Below are positions 1 to 11,225 of a DNA stretch of 64,000 nt, piece by piece. The translations under genes and the position numbers were made by a program. The notes beneath the pieces are model-generated. The model had not been told where the DNA came from. It saw only the letters and a program-made list of their open reading frames with translations, and ran no database searches. Source of the DNA: Octopus sinensis (lineage: Eukaryota); contig NC_042997.1 in NCBI RefSeq assembly GCF_006345805.1, positions 153,264,001 through 153,328,000 on the forward strand, read 5' to 3'. How positions within the stretch are numbered: position 1 is the stretch's first letter; every line of letters begins with the position of its first letter.

Positions 1-1003
1 GTTTTTATGGAGCAATATACAATTCAGTATATCCATCTTCAAAAGTAAGTACATATGTGCATAAATTAAAGTGAAAACATTTTAATGAGTGATACTAAAC
101 GGTCCAAGTATGTGTCCATATATCCTGATCTTCGAATTGACGCCATTCTATGGCAGCGTCTGTTCGAGAATGTTGCCCTGGATCTCTGTATTATAAAATG
201 TAGTGATTTCGTCTCTAAAACCAGGGTGCAAATCGGCTGAGCTTAGAAAGTTTCAGTCGATTATATCAATTCCTATATTTCTATATTTCACTGATAAATA
301 TCATATCGATACCGGCGAAATAAAAGCTCAAAACAACCAACCATGAATTTAAACAGAGAGTAAGAATTTATAACTAAATACCACTAAAAATTTAATTTGA
401 TTTGCAACCGATTCCGAGTGAAAAACAATGTCAACTTTGGTGGGTTAGGAATTTAGGACGTAAAATGACTCAATTAAAACTGTCTGACATTTTATTCATA
501 GCCCCACTGACTCCAGGAACCACAACTGTCTTAATAACTTCGAAGGAATTGTCACTTAAGAATAGATATTTTGTGAAGGAAACAGTTGATGACGTTGAGC
601 TCAATACTTGAGTGCTACTTCATATTATCGACTAGAGAAAAATGTAATTCAAAGTAGTCCATAGCAGAACTAGAAATCAGGGCGTAACAGTACGCTGAGC
701 AGTAATATTCTTCGATGACAATTAGTTGTAATATATTCAAGTGGTAGAGACGAGAACCCAAGTTTTAAATATTACCTAATTTTATAAACGTACGATATAT
801 TAAATATTAGTCATAATGATGGTGGTCCTACATCTTCCATCATCTGCTCTCAAGAATATTGAGACCGTTGGTGTTTATATTCTCACCTGCGCTTAAAATG
901 CACGTTCAGTAATAATATCCATTAATAATTTTCAGCATTAGTGTACTACTTTAAAACTCAAGGAGTCGGTATAATCAGCCTTAGTACATGAGTTGTACCA
1001 TCG

Positions 1004-1050
1004 GACAGTCCGATGATGGCTTAGCTGGCCGAAACTTCTAAGTCACTGTC
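1004..1050 (+). ncRNA. Type-I minimal hammerhead ribozyme-like motif (U4C variant)
   Basis: GACAGT-CCGATGA-T-GGC(ttagctg)GCC-GAAAC-ttctaa-GTC-ACTGTC. Perfect 6-bp stem I, 3-bp stem II, stem III closing on a GUC triplet. Core reads CCGAUGA instead of CUGAUGA. Lies about 30 nt before a (TA)n tract, as expected for a PLE 3' end. Confidence 0.65.
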
Positions 1051-1081
1051 AATACTATTCTTGTTTAGAAAAAATAACTAT

Positions 1082-1140
1082 AAATATATATACACACATG
1101 CACACACATATGCATACATACATAATACATACATGCATAT

Positions 1141-1181
<41 letters not shown>

Positions 1182-1215
1182 TATATAATATATATATATA
1201 TATGTATGTATTCTA
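1082..1215. repeat. (TA)n/(TACA)n microsatellite
   Basis: Direct reading. Confidence 0.95.
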
Positions 1216-1269
1216 TAATACATGTAATACGTAAAAAAGTGTACTACTGTCGTGGAGACTCTTACAGTA

Positions 1270-1480
1270 GTAGAAAAGGAATTTTTTTAACTCCTATTTC
1301 TAAATTCGGTATGTGGTGAAGCAATTAGCTGACCCCTAAATATAATTATGTTTATAATTATAGAATACTTGTATAATTTTACCTATGAAGGTTATTTTTA
1401 CGTACTGAGCAACTTGGTAAAATTATTAATTAATTGATTGATTAATTAATCAATTTTACCCTTTTATTATTAATTTGAAA
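1270..1480 (+). repeat. Unclassified dispersed repeat; reverse-complement copy at about 17962-18140
   Basis: aattttacc...aaggttatttttacgtac...acttggtaaaatt matches the reverse complement of aattttaccaagt...gtacgttaaaataacctt...aaaatt near 18015-18065. Confidence 0.6.
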
Positions 1481-2361
1481 TTATATATATATATATATAT
1501 AATATGAGGGAATATTATATGAATATGTGTGTGTGTGTGTGTGTGCGTGTGTGTGTTAAATATGATTGTACTATCATATTTAACACGTGTATAACTTGGA
1601 GGTGGAAAGACCTTACTCTGAGAAATTGTCAAAAGAAAGACTATTTCTCACACATTGCCTCCTCATCAATAGCATCATCAGATCCTTGTACACATGTATT
1701 TCTGCATTGTATTGCTTCATCAGCTCCGAATACCTAATCAGCATTTCACAGATTTAGAATATTGTTCGTATAATTACGAGCAGCAAATAGTACATTTGCT
1801 GACGTGCATAAAATTTGGCAGAGTTGAAATTAATTAACAAGAATCGTATGAAGCAGTGTTGAATAAAATATTTGCGTGCAGAATTATCTTTAGCACGGTC
1901 GTGTACATTCGGTCGTAGGAAGACTTTTCGCTGCGTAAATAGTCTAGAAAAAAAATTCTCTTCATTGATGTTATATTTTACATCACCAAACATTAAGATT
2001 TAGTCTGTGACTAAAGAGATTTACAATTCACTATCAATAGGATACTAAGCAGCAGCAACATGGTATCTGCAAAAACTGCTGCTAATCCATTATTTCATCA
2101 CATTCTAACAAATGCATAATATCTAACATGTCAGTCGTTGTAATTTAACGCCTAAAGATCCTAATCTTGCTACCAAGGAAAATATATTTTTGCCTCCTCA
2201 TCACTCCATTCTTTCCTCTCTCTCTCCCTCTCTCGTTCTGTCTCGCTCTCCCTCCTTCCATCATACATTATTTTTATTGTGGCTATGTATCAGTAAGTCT
2301 ACGGTGAAAGGGGAAATAGAAATAACAGATGCGTAATGTTATCACTCAATCATAGTGAAAT

Positions 2362-2472
2362 CCTCTCTCTCTCTTTCTCAACCTCTCTCTATAACTCTCT
2401 CTACTTCTCTCTCTCTCTACCTCTCTCTCTATATATATACCTCTCTCTATATATATACATCTCTCTATATAT

Positions 2473-2520
<48 letters not shown>
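2362..2520. repeat. (CT)n/(CTAT)n microsatellite
   Basis: Direct reading; explains ORFs 2336-2650, 2346-2561 and 2355-2606. Confidence 0.95.
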
Positions 2521-3059
2521 GTTTCTATTCTTTTCATTCCATCTGCTATTTCATATTCCATTGTTTTTGGCTTTGGCGCAATTTCATTCGATATTTCTGT
2601 ATTTAATTAGTGGGATTTTCTGCTGGAATCAATATTTCTATTCCTGTTAATTTGTCTCAAAGCTAGTTAAGAAGCTATCTAAGGTTTTCCGACTGTCACG
2701 CTACATGTATCATTGTATTCTTTGAGTATTACAACTGAACAAAATAAATATTACACTTAAGGGTTTCATTTCTACACGCCCACGAAATTCAAAGTCAACC
2801 ATGGTCGTTTCTTTAATTCCCAACTTTTCAATTGTATACAAGGTTAAGTACAGAAAAGATATTTTAAACTCTACTTATTTATGAATACCTTACACATGAT
2901 ATAGAAAATTAAGTATAGGCTTCATATTTCGTTTGAAGCCGACAGTTCAAAATTCTGAAATCCAATAGCAAACATATTAATGCTATTCGTTCTTCACATT
3001 ATTCGAGATCTATTTATTTTCTTTGGTCAGTTGCGAATTACAAATAGCAACTAGAATAA

Positions 3060-3249
3060 TAGAGTTCTATATTTAAGAAATGAGGAATTATGTACATTAT
3101 TTACATTATTTACATTCGACGGATATTTCTCCTCATCTTGTTTGTTGTTAGCACAACTTTCGGCTGATATAACCTAAAGCCTTCAGCAGGTGTCTTGGGG
3201 AAATTTCCAACCTGGGTTCTCATTCCTAAGGCATTTTTCGATGTTGTTG

Positions 3250-3284
<35 letters not shown>

Positions 3285-3368
3285 GTCCAAGTCACTGCTT
3301 GGAATCGAACTCGGAATCTTGGGGTTAGCCCGCGCTCTTAACCACTACGCCATATGCCCGTGGGCATA
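3060..3368 (-). mobile_element. tRNA-headed SINE-like element with internal (TAA)n and HHR-like tail (copy 1)
   Basis: Minus strand: A box TGGCGTAGTGG and B box GAGTTCGATTCC (3291-3360), then (TAA/CAA)n, then a tail shared with 44930-45150 and 47760-47865. Confidence 0.85.
3151..3193 (-). ncRNA. Degenerate minimal hammerhead motif in the SINE tail
   Basis: ACAC-CTGCTGA-A-GGCT...AGCC-GAAA-GTT-GTGC. A6 is C, and the C of GAAAC is missing in this copy. Confidence 0.55.
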
Positions 3369-3845
3369 TTGCTTTGATTAGAATATACATAGATATGTAT
3401 GTGTGTATGTATGTCTATACGTATCTGTGTGCGAGTAGAATTTATAAATGTATGTATATATATATATATATATATATATCTGTGTGAGTATGCATGTGTG
3501 CATATGTGTAAGTTACAGTGCGTAAGATTTCTAAGTACGTTTATACACACACATACATATATATGTATATGTGTGTGTGTGTCTATGTTTGTGTATGTGT
3601 GAGAGAGAGTGCATGTGTGTGTGCACCTATACTCGTTTATGCATATGAATATAGCTATACTCGTATATGATATGGACGCCTCCTACACGCCCACGAAATT
3701 CAAAGTCAAATGGAGCTGAATGAGACTTTATTGAAAATTATTTTGTCATTCTATAGAACTATTGCCAGCACTGATTTTTGTTACAACGTTTTTGCATCGA
3801 GACGTCAGATGTAAGCAAACAATGAGATAGAAGACAAAAATGGAT

Positions 3846-3899
3846 AATGAGTGAATATGCCATATTTCAGGGGTTGTTGGCCCTTCCTCAGCACTCATC
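3846..3899 (-). ncRNA. Type-I hammerhead ribozyme, left arm
   Basis: GATGAGTG-CTGAGGA-AGGG(ccaacaac)CCCT-GAAA-TATG(g)CATA-T-T-CACTCATT. 7-bp + GU stem I, 4-bp stem II, near-palindromic stem III, AUU triplet. Confidence 0.75.
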
Positions 3900-4166
3900 T
3901 AACACATTCTTGCCTCCGAACTCATTGCTTATATATCCACCGTATACGGCGGTGTAAGTCATTGGATATACCAATTTACATATTAGACGCATTTCTGGGT
4001 GCTGGTATGTAAACATTAATGATTTGTAGGTACGTGGTATTAAGGTTATTTCTACCGATATTCTGTTAGGTTTATTTTTACAGATATGTAAATTGGTATA
4101 TCCAATGACTTAAACGCTGTACGCGGTGGCTATATAAGCAATGTGTTCGGAGGCAATAATGGGTTA

Positions 4167-4220
4167 GGGGTGTGCTGATGAAGGGACAACAACCCCCGAA
4201 ATATGGCATATACATTCATT
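4167..4220 (+). ncRNA. Type-I hammerhead ribozyme, right arm (stem I degraded)
   Basis: CTGATGA(4175)-AGGG..CCCC-GAAA-TATG(g)CATA-T-A-CATTCATT; AUA triplet. Confidence 0.6.
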
Positions 4221-4597
4221 ACCTATGTTTATCTTTGATCACATTGTTTACATCTGACGTCTCGATGCGAAACGTTTCAGCAAAAATCAGTGCTGGCTAT
4301 AAGTTCTATAGAATATCTGGAGAAATAACCTTAACAAAATAATGTAAGAAGCACTGCTGATGAAGTAGAACGTGGTACTGACTTATAGAAACATTTAGTA
4401 TACTTTACAGTATATTATGCTTGCACAACGCAATACCACGTACCTAGAAATCATTAATGTTTACTGAAAATATAAGTTATTCCCAAGAAATGTGTTGAGT
4501 ACGATTTACTTTCGTTTGTTCACTCACCTGTTCATATATATATAAATATATATCATTATTATTATTATTATATTATTATTATTATTATTATTATACA

Positions 4598-4986
4598 CTC
4601 AAAAGATTAGACTGTCGGAAAAGAAATGGATCCTAACATCGGACTACAACAAATCAAGAAACCTCCTATTGGGTTACAGCAGGTAACTTTACATGCCAAG
4701 AACCCTTCTAAGTATCCTAGCGGTCCCTAATAACACTTTTTCGTGCAGCTGTTTTAAACTGGGTTTTATACCTATTTCCTCTATCCATCTGTTCAGACCT
4801 TTATAGATAGTTCCCAATGCACGTATAACCACTGGGATACATTTTACACGCACTTTACATAATCTCTGTAATTCAATAGCTTGGTCCTGGTACTTTGCTA
4901 TTTTTTACATACTTCGCATATCAATTTCTTCATCATTTAAGACTGTAAAGTCAATTATTTTTATCAACTGCTGCTACTGCCACTAT

Positions 4987-5043
<57 letters not shown>

Positions 5044-5054
5044 CACTACTACTA

Positions 5055-5106
<52 letters not shown>

Positions 5107-6105
5107 CACTACTACTGCCACTACTACTACTTAATCATCAGACCCTCTAGATTCTATTACTCTGTCAGTCTGTATGTTAAAGTTCCGCAACATCTTGTAT
5201 TTCTTACTTTCCAGTACGTTGCTAGGTTCATGTTCATACTATTTATCAGTATGTTTAAATCCTAGCTTTCTATATAACTCCCAATGCATTTCTCTCCATA
5301 TATTGTCATCTTTTTCGTGTATTCTTTCTGTACCAGCATGCTACATTGACTTACTATATGAGTAACACTTTACTCTTTTGATTTACATAATCTACATTGG
5401 GAATCTACTTGGTTTTTGTCTATTTTGGCTTTTATTCAATTAGTCCTCAATGCTTGATCTCGTGCAGCTACTAACAAATTTCTCCCTCTTAAGCTTTCAC
5501 TTCAGCAGCCAAAACCATGTTTCACTACTACTAAGCAACGCCTTCGCCTACCAATTAGATAATTTATGTCTTTTTTCTGATTTTTAAATTGATTTGATAT
5601 TTTGGTTTCCCTATGTCTTCCTGTGATCTAGCTTCTTTTAATAAACTTCCTTCCCTGTTACCTACGTAGAAGTCTATATTTACTCTAGCTAACTCCACGC
5701 AGTCTTCCACTGATATTAACCTTCTTCTAGGTAGGTATAATCTTGCAACCCCTACCCTTGGGTCGAGTCCTCCATTCATATTGAATTCCTTCCTAGTTCT
5801 AACTTTGCTAATTCAGTTTTACTCCAATCGACAAAAGCTGCTGAGTATCTAAGTAATGATACTGTACAAGTATTTACAGCCTTCATTAGATTAGGACCAT
5901 TTAGCTTTGACTTCATAAGCTTCCTCGCCCTTCTGATATACTCCTTCTCAATTTTCGTTTTCATTTCTGTAGTTAGTACTCTGTCACATTCTAACATTCC
6001 TACATGCTATAACTCTCTCCTCTTTTGAATGATTTTAATGTCTGGCCAACTGGTAATTGGATGCCTTCGCTTTTGACTATCTGTCCCTTCTCATGACTAA
6101 TATTG
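4598..6105 (-). mobile_element. R4/Dong-like non-LTR retrotransposon remnant (piece D), RT C-terminus to RLE
   Basis: Minus-strand peptides KIEKEYIRRARKLMKSKLNGPNLMKAVNT, RLYLPR, CRLC, FNIQTDRVIE, KYQDQAIELQRL..IPVVIRALGT and LLGTARILRRVLGM*. 3' end abuts (TAA)n at 4555-4597. Interrupted by (CTA)n at about 4985-5130. Confidence 0.8.
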
Positions 6106-6109
6106 CACA

Positions 6110-7255
6110 CGCACCCATCGTCCTAGGCCGAGAGAGATGTTACAGTATGACTGAAAGCTTGGGCAGGGGAAGTGACACGAGCAGTAGCGAAATATCTTCA
6201 TGTAATACGACATAGACATTTAAATTAATAGGGTTTTTTCTGAGGATGTGGGCAGTACTTGTCAGCACAATCTTTTGGATTTCTCTGAGACATGGTTCTC
6301 TTGGGATATTATCTAGATGTTTCTGGCATTGCTTTCTTTTCATACCTAGAGCACTGACAATAACAAGAACAGTTCTCGCTTTAAGATGCTACATCTTTTT
6401 ATTTTAATTTCTATGTCCTTATATTTACTTAATTTGTCAATTACATCTATTAGTCTTCAAGTATTTTCTTCTCTTAGTCAGGCTAATCGACTATGTCTGG
6501 TCGATTAGCCTGAATCCCTCTGTACGTATTGACTGGAAAATCCCAGAGGATAGTGACAATTTTACCTCCACCGACTGGCTCAGGATGATGTTCATACCAG
6601 TAAGCATACCAGTAAGCAGGAGTGCTGATATTTAGATGCAGTCCTACCCTATCATGGTGATTTTTGTATTCGTTTGGTGTCAGCATAAGACATCCGGCGA
6701 CGAGATGATCTATCGTTTCATCAAATTTATCGCAGAGTCTGCATCAAAGGTCAGAACTGTTTTCAAGAACGTTAGCCCGGTAGTTTTTGGTAAGCAAGCT
6801 TTGATCTTGTGCCACCAATATGAAACCTTCAGTTTCTGTTTTCAGTCCTGAGCTTCTCAGCGACTGGCGGGTTGTTGCTTGGTCTACATCGGCATTTCAG
6901 CTTCGAAATATATACTTTCCATGCTGAGGCTTCTGGCTCCACCGCTCCTCTACATGTTTCTGTCTGTTTCTGTTTCTTTTTTTTTTTTGCACTCTGTTTG
7001 ATCCGTTTCGCATTTTTCGTAGCAGTGATTTCCGGTTCTACATCTAATTCATCTAATTCAGGATTAATGCCAAATTCCCTTTCGTATTTTCAAACTTCCT
7101 TGACAATAGAATGTGACTTCTTCGTCCCTACTTCCAGGTAGGTACAGACGAACAAAATCTACTTTTGGGTGATGCATGTTCTTAGTAGATGTTTGTAGCT
7201 TTCTTGTTTCCCTGTCCAGGTGTTGGAGTTCTGTAAGGTTACAGTTAATGATGTT
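6110..7255 (-). mobile_element. R4/Dong-like retrotransposon remnant (piece C), directly upstream of piece D
   Basis: MHHPKVDFVRLYLP, EGFILVAQDQSLL, CRLCDKFDETIDHLVAGC, HHDRVG, ILWDFPVNTYRGIQANRPDIV, QKIVLTSTAHILRK. 5' end abuts (TAA)n at 7260-7378. Confidence 0.8.
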
Positions 7256-7259
7256 AAAA

Positions 7260-7272
7260 CTGTATTATTATT

Positions 7273-7328
<56 letters not shown>

Positions 7329-7342
7329 CATCATCATTATTA

Positions 7343-7378
<36 letters not shown>
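7260..7378. repeat. (TAT/TAA)n microsatellite
   Basis: Direct reading. Confidence 0.95.
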
Positions 7379-7380
<2 letters not shown>

Positions 7381-8446
7381 TTTCTATAGACGAGAATTGG
7401 GAAGGTAGGTAAAAATAGAAGACACAACTGTGAGCGGATGAGAGAATGATATGCAGTGATTTATGAAAGATTTTGAATAACATTTAAAATGGGTTAATTC
7501 GCTAAGTATAGTATTTAACGGCCTTACTTTCAAATTTTATTCCGCATGGGTCCTTAAACCATAGCTCTATCATTTTGTATTCAGAGCCTCAATGTTTTGT
7601 TTTGTCTTTCGATTTAATTTTTCCTAGTTTAGATTAGTGATTATAGAAGGTTTCTTTCTCTGTAAATTCTGAAGAATTTAATGATGACTGAAACAAATCA
7701 GTCAACGTTTAAAATGTAAATGTGTGTAAGAATGTGTGAGAGTGATTCTGTAGGTGGTTTTGTTCTCGCGTGTGGGCGTGTGTATATATGTATATATATA
7801 TATATATATGATATATGATATATGTATGTGTGCGTTTGTGTGTTTGTACGAGTGTGTGTGTGTGCGAGAGTGTATTTATGCATATAGGAATGTATCTAAA
7901 TTCATGTTTTCTATTGAATTATGTATATCTGCGCCTTGTTGACGCAAATAGATTTTGTGCTATAACAGCAGTTGCATGTAGTGGAAAAGCATTCAGTTAC
8001 TCACACACACTCACTCACGCACACTCGTATCTGAAAATGGGTGTACAAACTGATTCTTTTCCCTTTCTTTTGTTTAATAGATATCGAGAAAATTGTAATT
8101 AGGATTAGAATTAAAGATGAAAGATGACATATTTTCAAGTTTATTTAAAGATTCGCTGTTTTCTTTCGCCTGCAGAATCCTTTCCTAATTTACCGTTCAT
8201 CAGTGTTGTTCTGGGAATATTTCTTAATTCTTCTAATATAAATATTTTATGTACATAATTGTATTAAGGAATTTAGGTCTTCTTTTAACGTTCGAAAATA
8301 TTTGACGTAAGAACTTTCCATAGAACATTTTGAATGTGCTACATCATTGAAATTAGGTTGGTTAAATGATTTTAAAATTTTACAGGTAACAGTGTTAATC
8401 AGTCGTTAAGCAGGCTTATCCTCTGTTGTCAAGTACAGCCATGCTG

Positions 8447-8770
8447 TGAGGGCGCATGGCCTGGTGGCTAGAGGTGTTACACTCACAAAAGCATGACCGT
8501 GGTTTCGGTTCCCAGACTTGGCGGTGAGCTGTGTGCTTGAGTAAGACACTTCGTTTCACGTTGCTCTGCGATCACTGTGACATCTGATGCGTAGCACACC
8601 GTACACCCTTACATGAAGTGTCGATTTCATGAAGGGAGCGAGTTAATGTGCTGTACAAATATTTGATCACTATAAACAAATCATCTTTGCAGATTGTTCA
8701 GCATAACATTGGAGAATCATGTTTATCGAACTCGAGAGACTACCATTATAACCATGTTGCATCAACCATT
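8447..8770 (+). mobile_element. Degenerate tRNA-derived SINE
   Basis: ggcgcatggcctggtggctagag (A box), ggtttcggttccc (B-box-like), then tgtgcttgagtaagacact (CORE/V-like central motif). Confidence 0.55.
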
Positions 8771-9506
8771 TTGGTATGACTTTTTAGTCTGTGTCCCAAA
8801 CACCATATAAATTTTAGTGTACATCATACATACATTTGAATCTAGACCGGTTCGAATTCAGTTTTGCTGCTGAAATTTTGTGCGAATTTAGTTCCAGTTG
8901 AGGAACTACAGACATGAATTTCTCTGTCTTCGGAGACAAGACAACAGAGTTAATAACATAAATATCTGCTTCTGGTGTCTGTTGATAATAACAATACTTT
9001 TGATATCACATCGAGACATACTTTCTGAATGATTTTCACTCAAGAGGGTTTTTTTCTGAATATATGCTAATTGTCATCGGCTCCTTTCCGAGAAATATTG
9101 AAAGAGTGTATGCAATCTGTATATATATAAACGGCAAGATGTGTGTGTGTGTGTATGTGTACTTGAATGTAATTTATGCAGGTCCACAAATTAGCACGCA
9201 TGTCGCTAATTTTAGGAGAACATTCGTCATGATTCTAGCTGTATTTTCGTCAACTTATTTTTCCCAGAGGCACCAGCGAATAGTGGTAAATATAAATTTT
9301 CAACTAAAACTGTTAACAATTTTCAAGTCGGAGAAATCCACCATTGTTTACAATAGGAGTTAAGTCCCGTTCTCGCGACGAGTAAGTTTTTGTTAAGTGT
9401 TTTGTCGATATACAGGCAACACACACACTCACGAACATGTATGCGTATAAAAAATATGTATGCAATAGGTATACGTACGTGTATGTATATATATATATAT
9501 ATATAT

Positions 9507-9676
9507 ACAAAGTGAGATAGGGGTTATGAGTGTAACCCACTATGGGATATCAGTTATCCAATATACTGATTTTATATATATATATATATATACAAAGTGA
9601 GATAGGGGTTATGAGTGTAACCCACTATGGGATATCAGTTATCCAATATACTGATTTTATATATATATATATATAT
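9507..9676. repeat. Tandem duplication, 85-bp period, with breakpoints in (TA)n
   Basis: acaaagtgagataggggttatgag... starts at 9507 and again at 9592. Confidence 0.9.
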
Positions 9677-9689
9677 ATACATATATATA

Positions 9690-10437
9690 CTTAAGACTTA
9701 GTTGTGATCTGAACGTAACCGCTTCTGACACAGGAGGATCGAGAGCCCTTTTGGACATTCTATTTTCCTTGCTGGAAGGGTTCCCAACCCATGGGAATGG
9801 GGGTTAGATGATGGGGGGTGTTTTCAAAGGGCCGGCATGTGCAGCTTGATCACCTTTGTCGATCAAACCCCCAACCCATGCGCTCCCGTCGTGACACTGA
9901 TTCTGCAGAACTAGGTTGTGTGTGAAAACCAACTTTAAAGTATAAATATTAACGTTTCTGAATCAGCAATGTTGTATTTGGTTAAGTCCTATTTGGGATG
10001 AAATTCGATAAACTGATTTCTTATGGGGTTCTCCATTTAATCGGGATAAAAAAAATCGATAAACCGATTTCTTATAGGATTTCCCAATAAAATTGGCTAC
10101 ACCCCATTTTCAACCATAACTTTTACCAAATTTGATGCATTTTGTTCAAACTTGATGCCAGCATAACTTATGACTCATGGGACCTTTGAATACTTTAAGT
10201 TCTCCAAAAACGAAAACAAAAAAGAGAATCGATGAGTGGAAAAAATCGATAAAACTGATTCCTAATGGGATTTCCCACTCAAGTTGTCTACAACTCATTT
10301 TCAGCCAAAAGTTTACCAATTTCAACGGTTTTCGCTCAAATTTGACGTCGATGTTACTTAGTTTGGTTTGAAATAAAGAACTTGATTAGCTTAAATATCC
10401 CAACTTAATCCCGGGCAAAGCCGGGCTATACTGCTAG
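9690..10437 (+). mobile_element. Non-autonomous Helitron-like element (3' end clear, 5' end uncertain)
   Basis: Hairpin cccgg-gcaaag-ccggg (10410-10425), then ctatactgCTAG|T. Internal repeats of aaaatcgataaa(a)c(c/t)gattt at about 10000-10270. Confidence 0.6.
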
Positions 10438-10993
10438 TCAGAGATAATATGCATGTTTGATATTAAAGATATTTTACAAGAACGTCATTAACCTTCTTCC
10501 CTATTTGTTTTCTATCATGCATGAAGTAACCATTCAATGGATAGCTAAAAGGACTATGACTCAATTTATGAACACAAGAGAATTTTATAGCCAGTAGCAG
10601 TTCAAAGCTAAAATTTAAAGAATTTAGACAGTTGCTGATGAAACTGTTATAGGAATCTATACCGCCCTCTCCACCTATCTCTATGATACAGCATATTATT
10701 GAAAACTTTTCAATAGCTGCAAATGATTTTGTTTGACTATAGTCATAAAGTGAACCTGAACTTGTGTATCAACAAAAAGTAGATGGTACAAGATTAACTT
10801 CGCCCTTAATGTAGGTTGATGTGAAAGCTCTGAATGCAGCTCACGCTCTTACTTTGTTTACTATTGTCATAACTAAGATACATAAGGAGAATGAAGCTCG
10901 GATCGGAAGCAAAATTTGAAAATCTACATTGTTTATAGATCTCCTATAATGTGTCTTTGTGAATTACATTCATTGTCTATAAAGACATTGTCA

Positions 10994-11225
10994 AGGGCGG
11001 TGAGCTGGCAGAAACGTTAGCGCGCCGGACGAAATGCTTAGCGGTATTTCGTCTGTCGTTACGTCCTGAGTTCAAATTCCGCCGGGGTCGACTTTGCCTT
11101 TCATTCTCTCGGGGTCGATAAATAAAGTACCAGTTTCGCACTGGGTCGATATAATCGACTTAATCCGTTTGTCTGTCCTTGTTTGTCCCCTCTGTGTTTA
11201 GACCCTTGTGGGTAGTAAAGAAATA
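10994..11225 (+). mobile_element. tRNA-derived SINE family A (Nin/Deu-like central domain) with 16-bp TSD
   Basis: ggcggtgagctggcagaaacgttagc...gagttcaaattcc...gtcgactttgcctttcat. TSD tataaagacattgtca at 10978-10993 and 11226-11241. Confidence 0.9.

Larger units (their letters stand above)
3748..4314. mobile_element. Fold-back element: about 235-bp inverted arms (3748-3983 / 4084-4314) around a 100-bp spacer, each arm carrying an HHR; probably PLE-derived
   Basis: attctatagaact...gccagcactgatttttg pairs with caaaaatcagtgctggc...agttctatagaat; attggatataccaatttacatat pairs with atatgtaaattggtatatccaat. Confidence 0.8.

Noticed and set aside
1640-1730. Two minus-strand CTGATGA...GAAA motifs in tandem
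   Set aside because: Stem I and stem II do not pair convincingly in either.
4349-4406. CTGATGA...GAAAC-ATTTA-GTA next to the fold-back element
   Set aside because: No stem I pairing and an ill-defined stem II; at best a relic.
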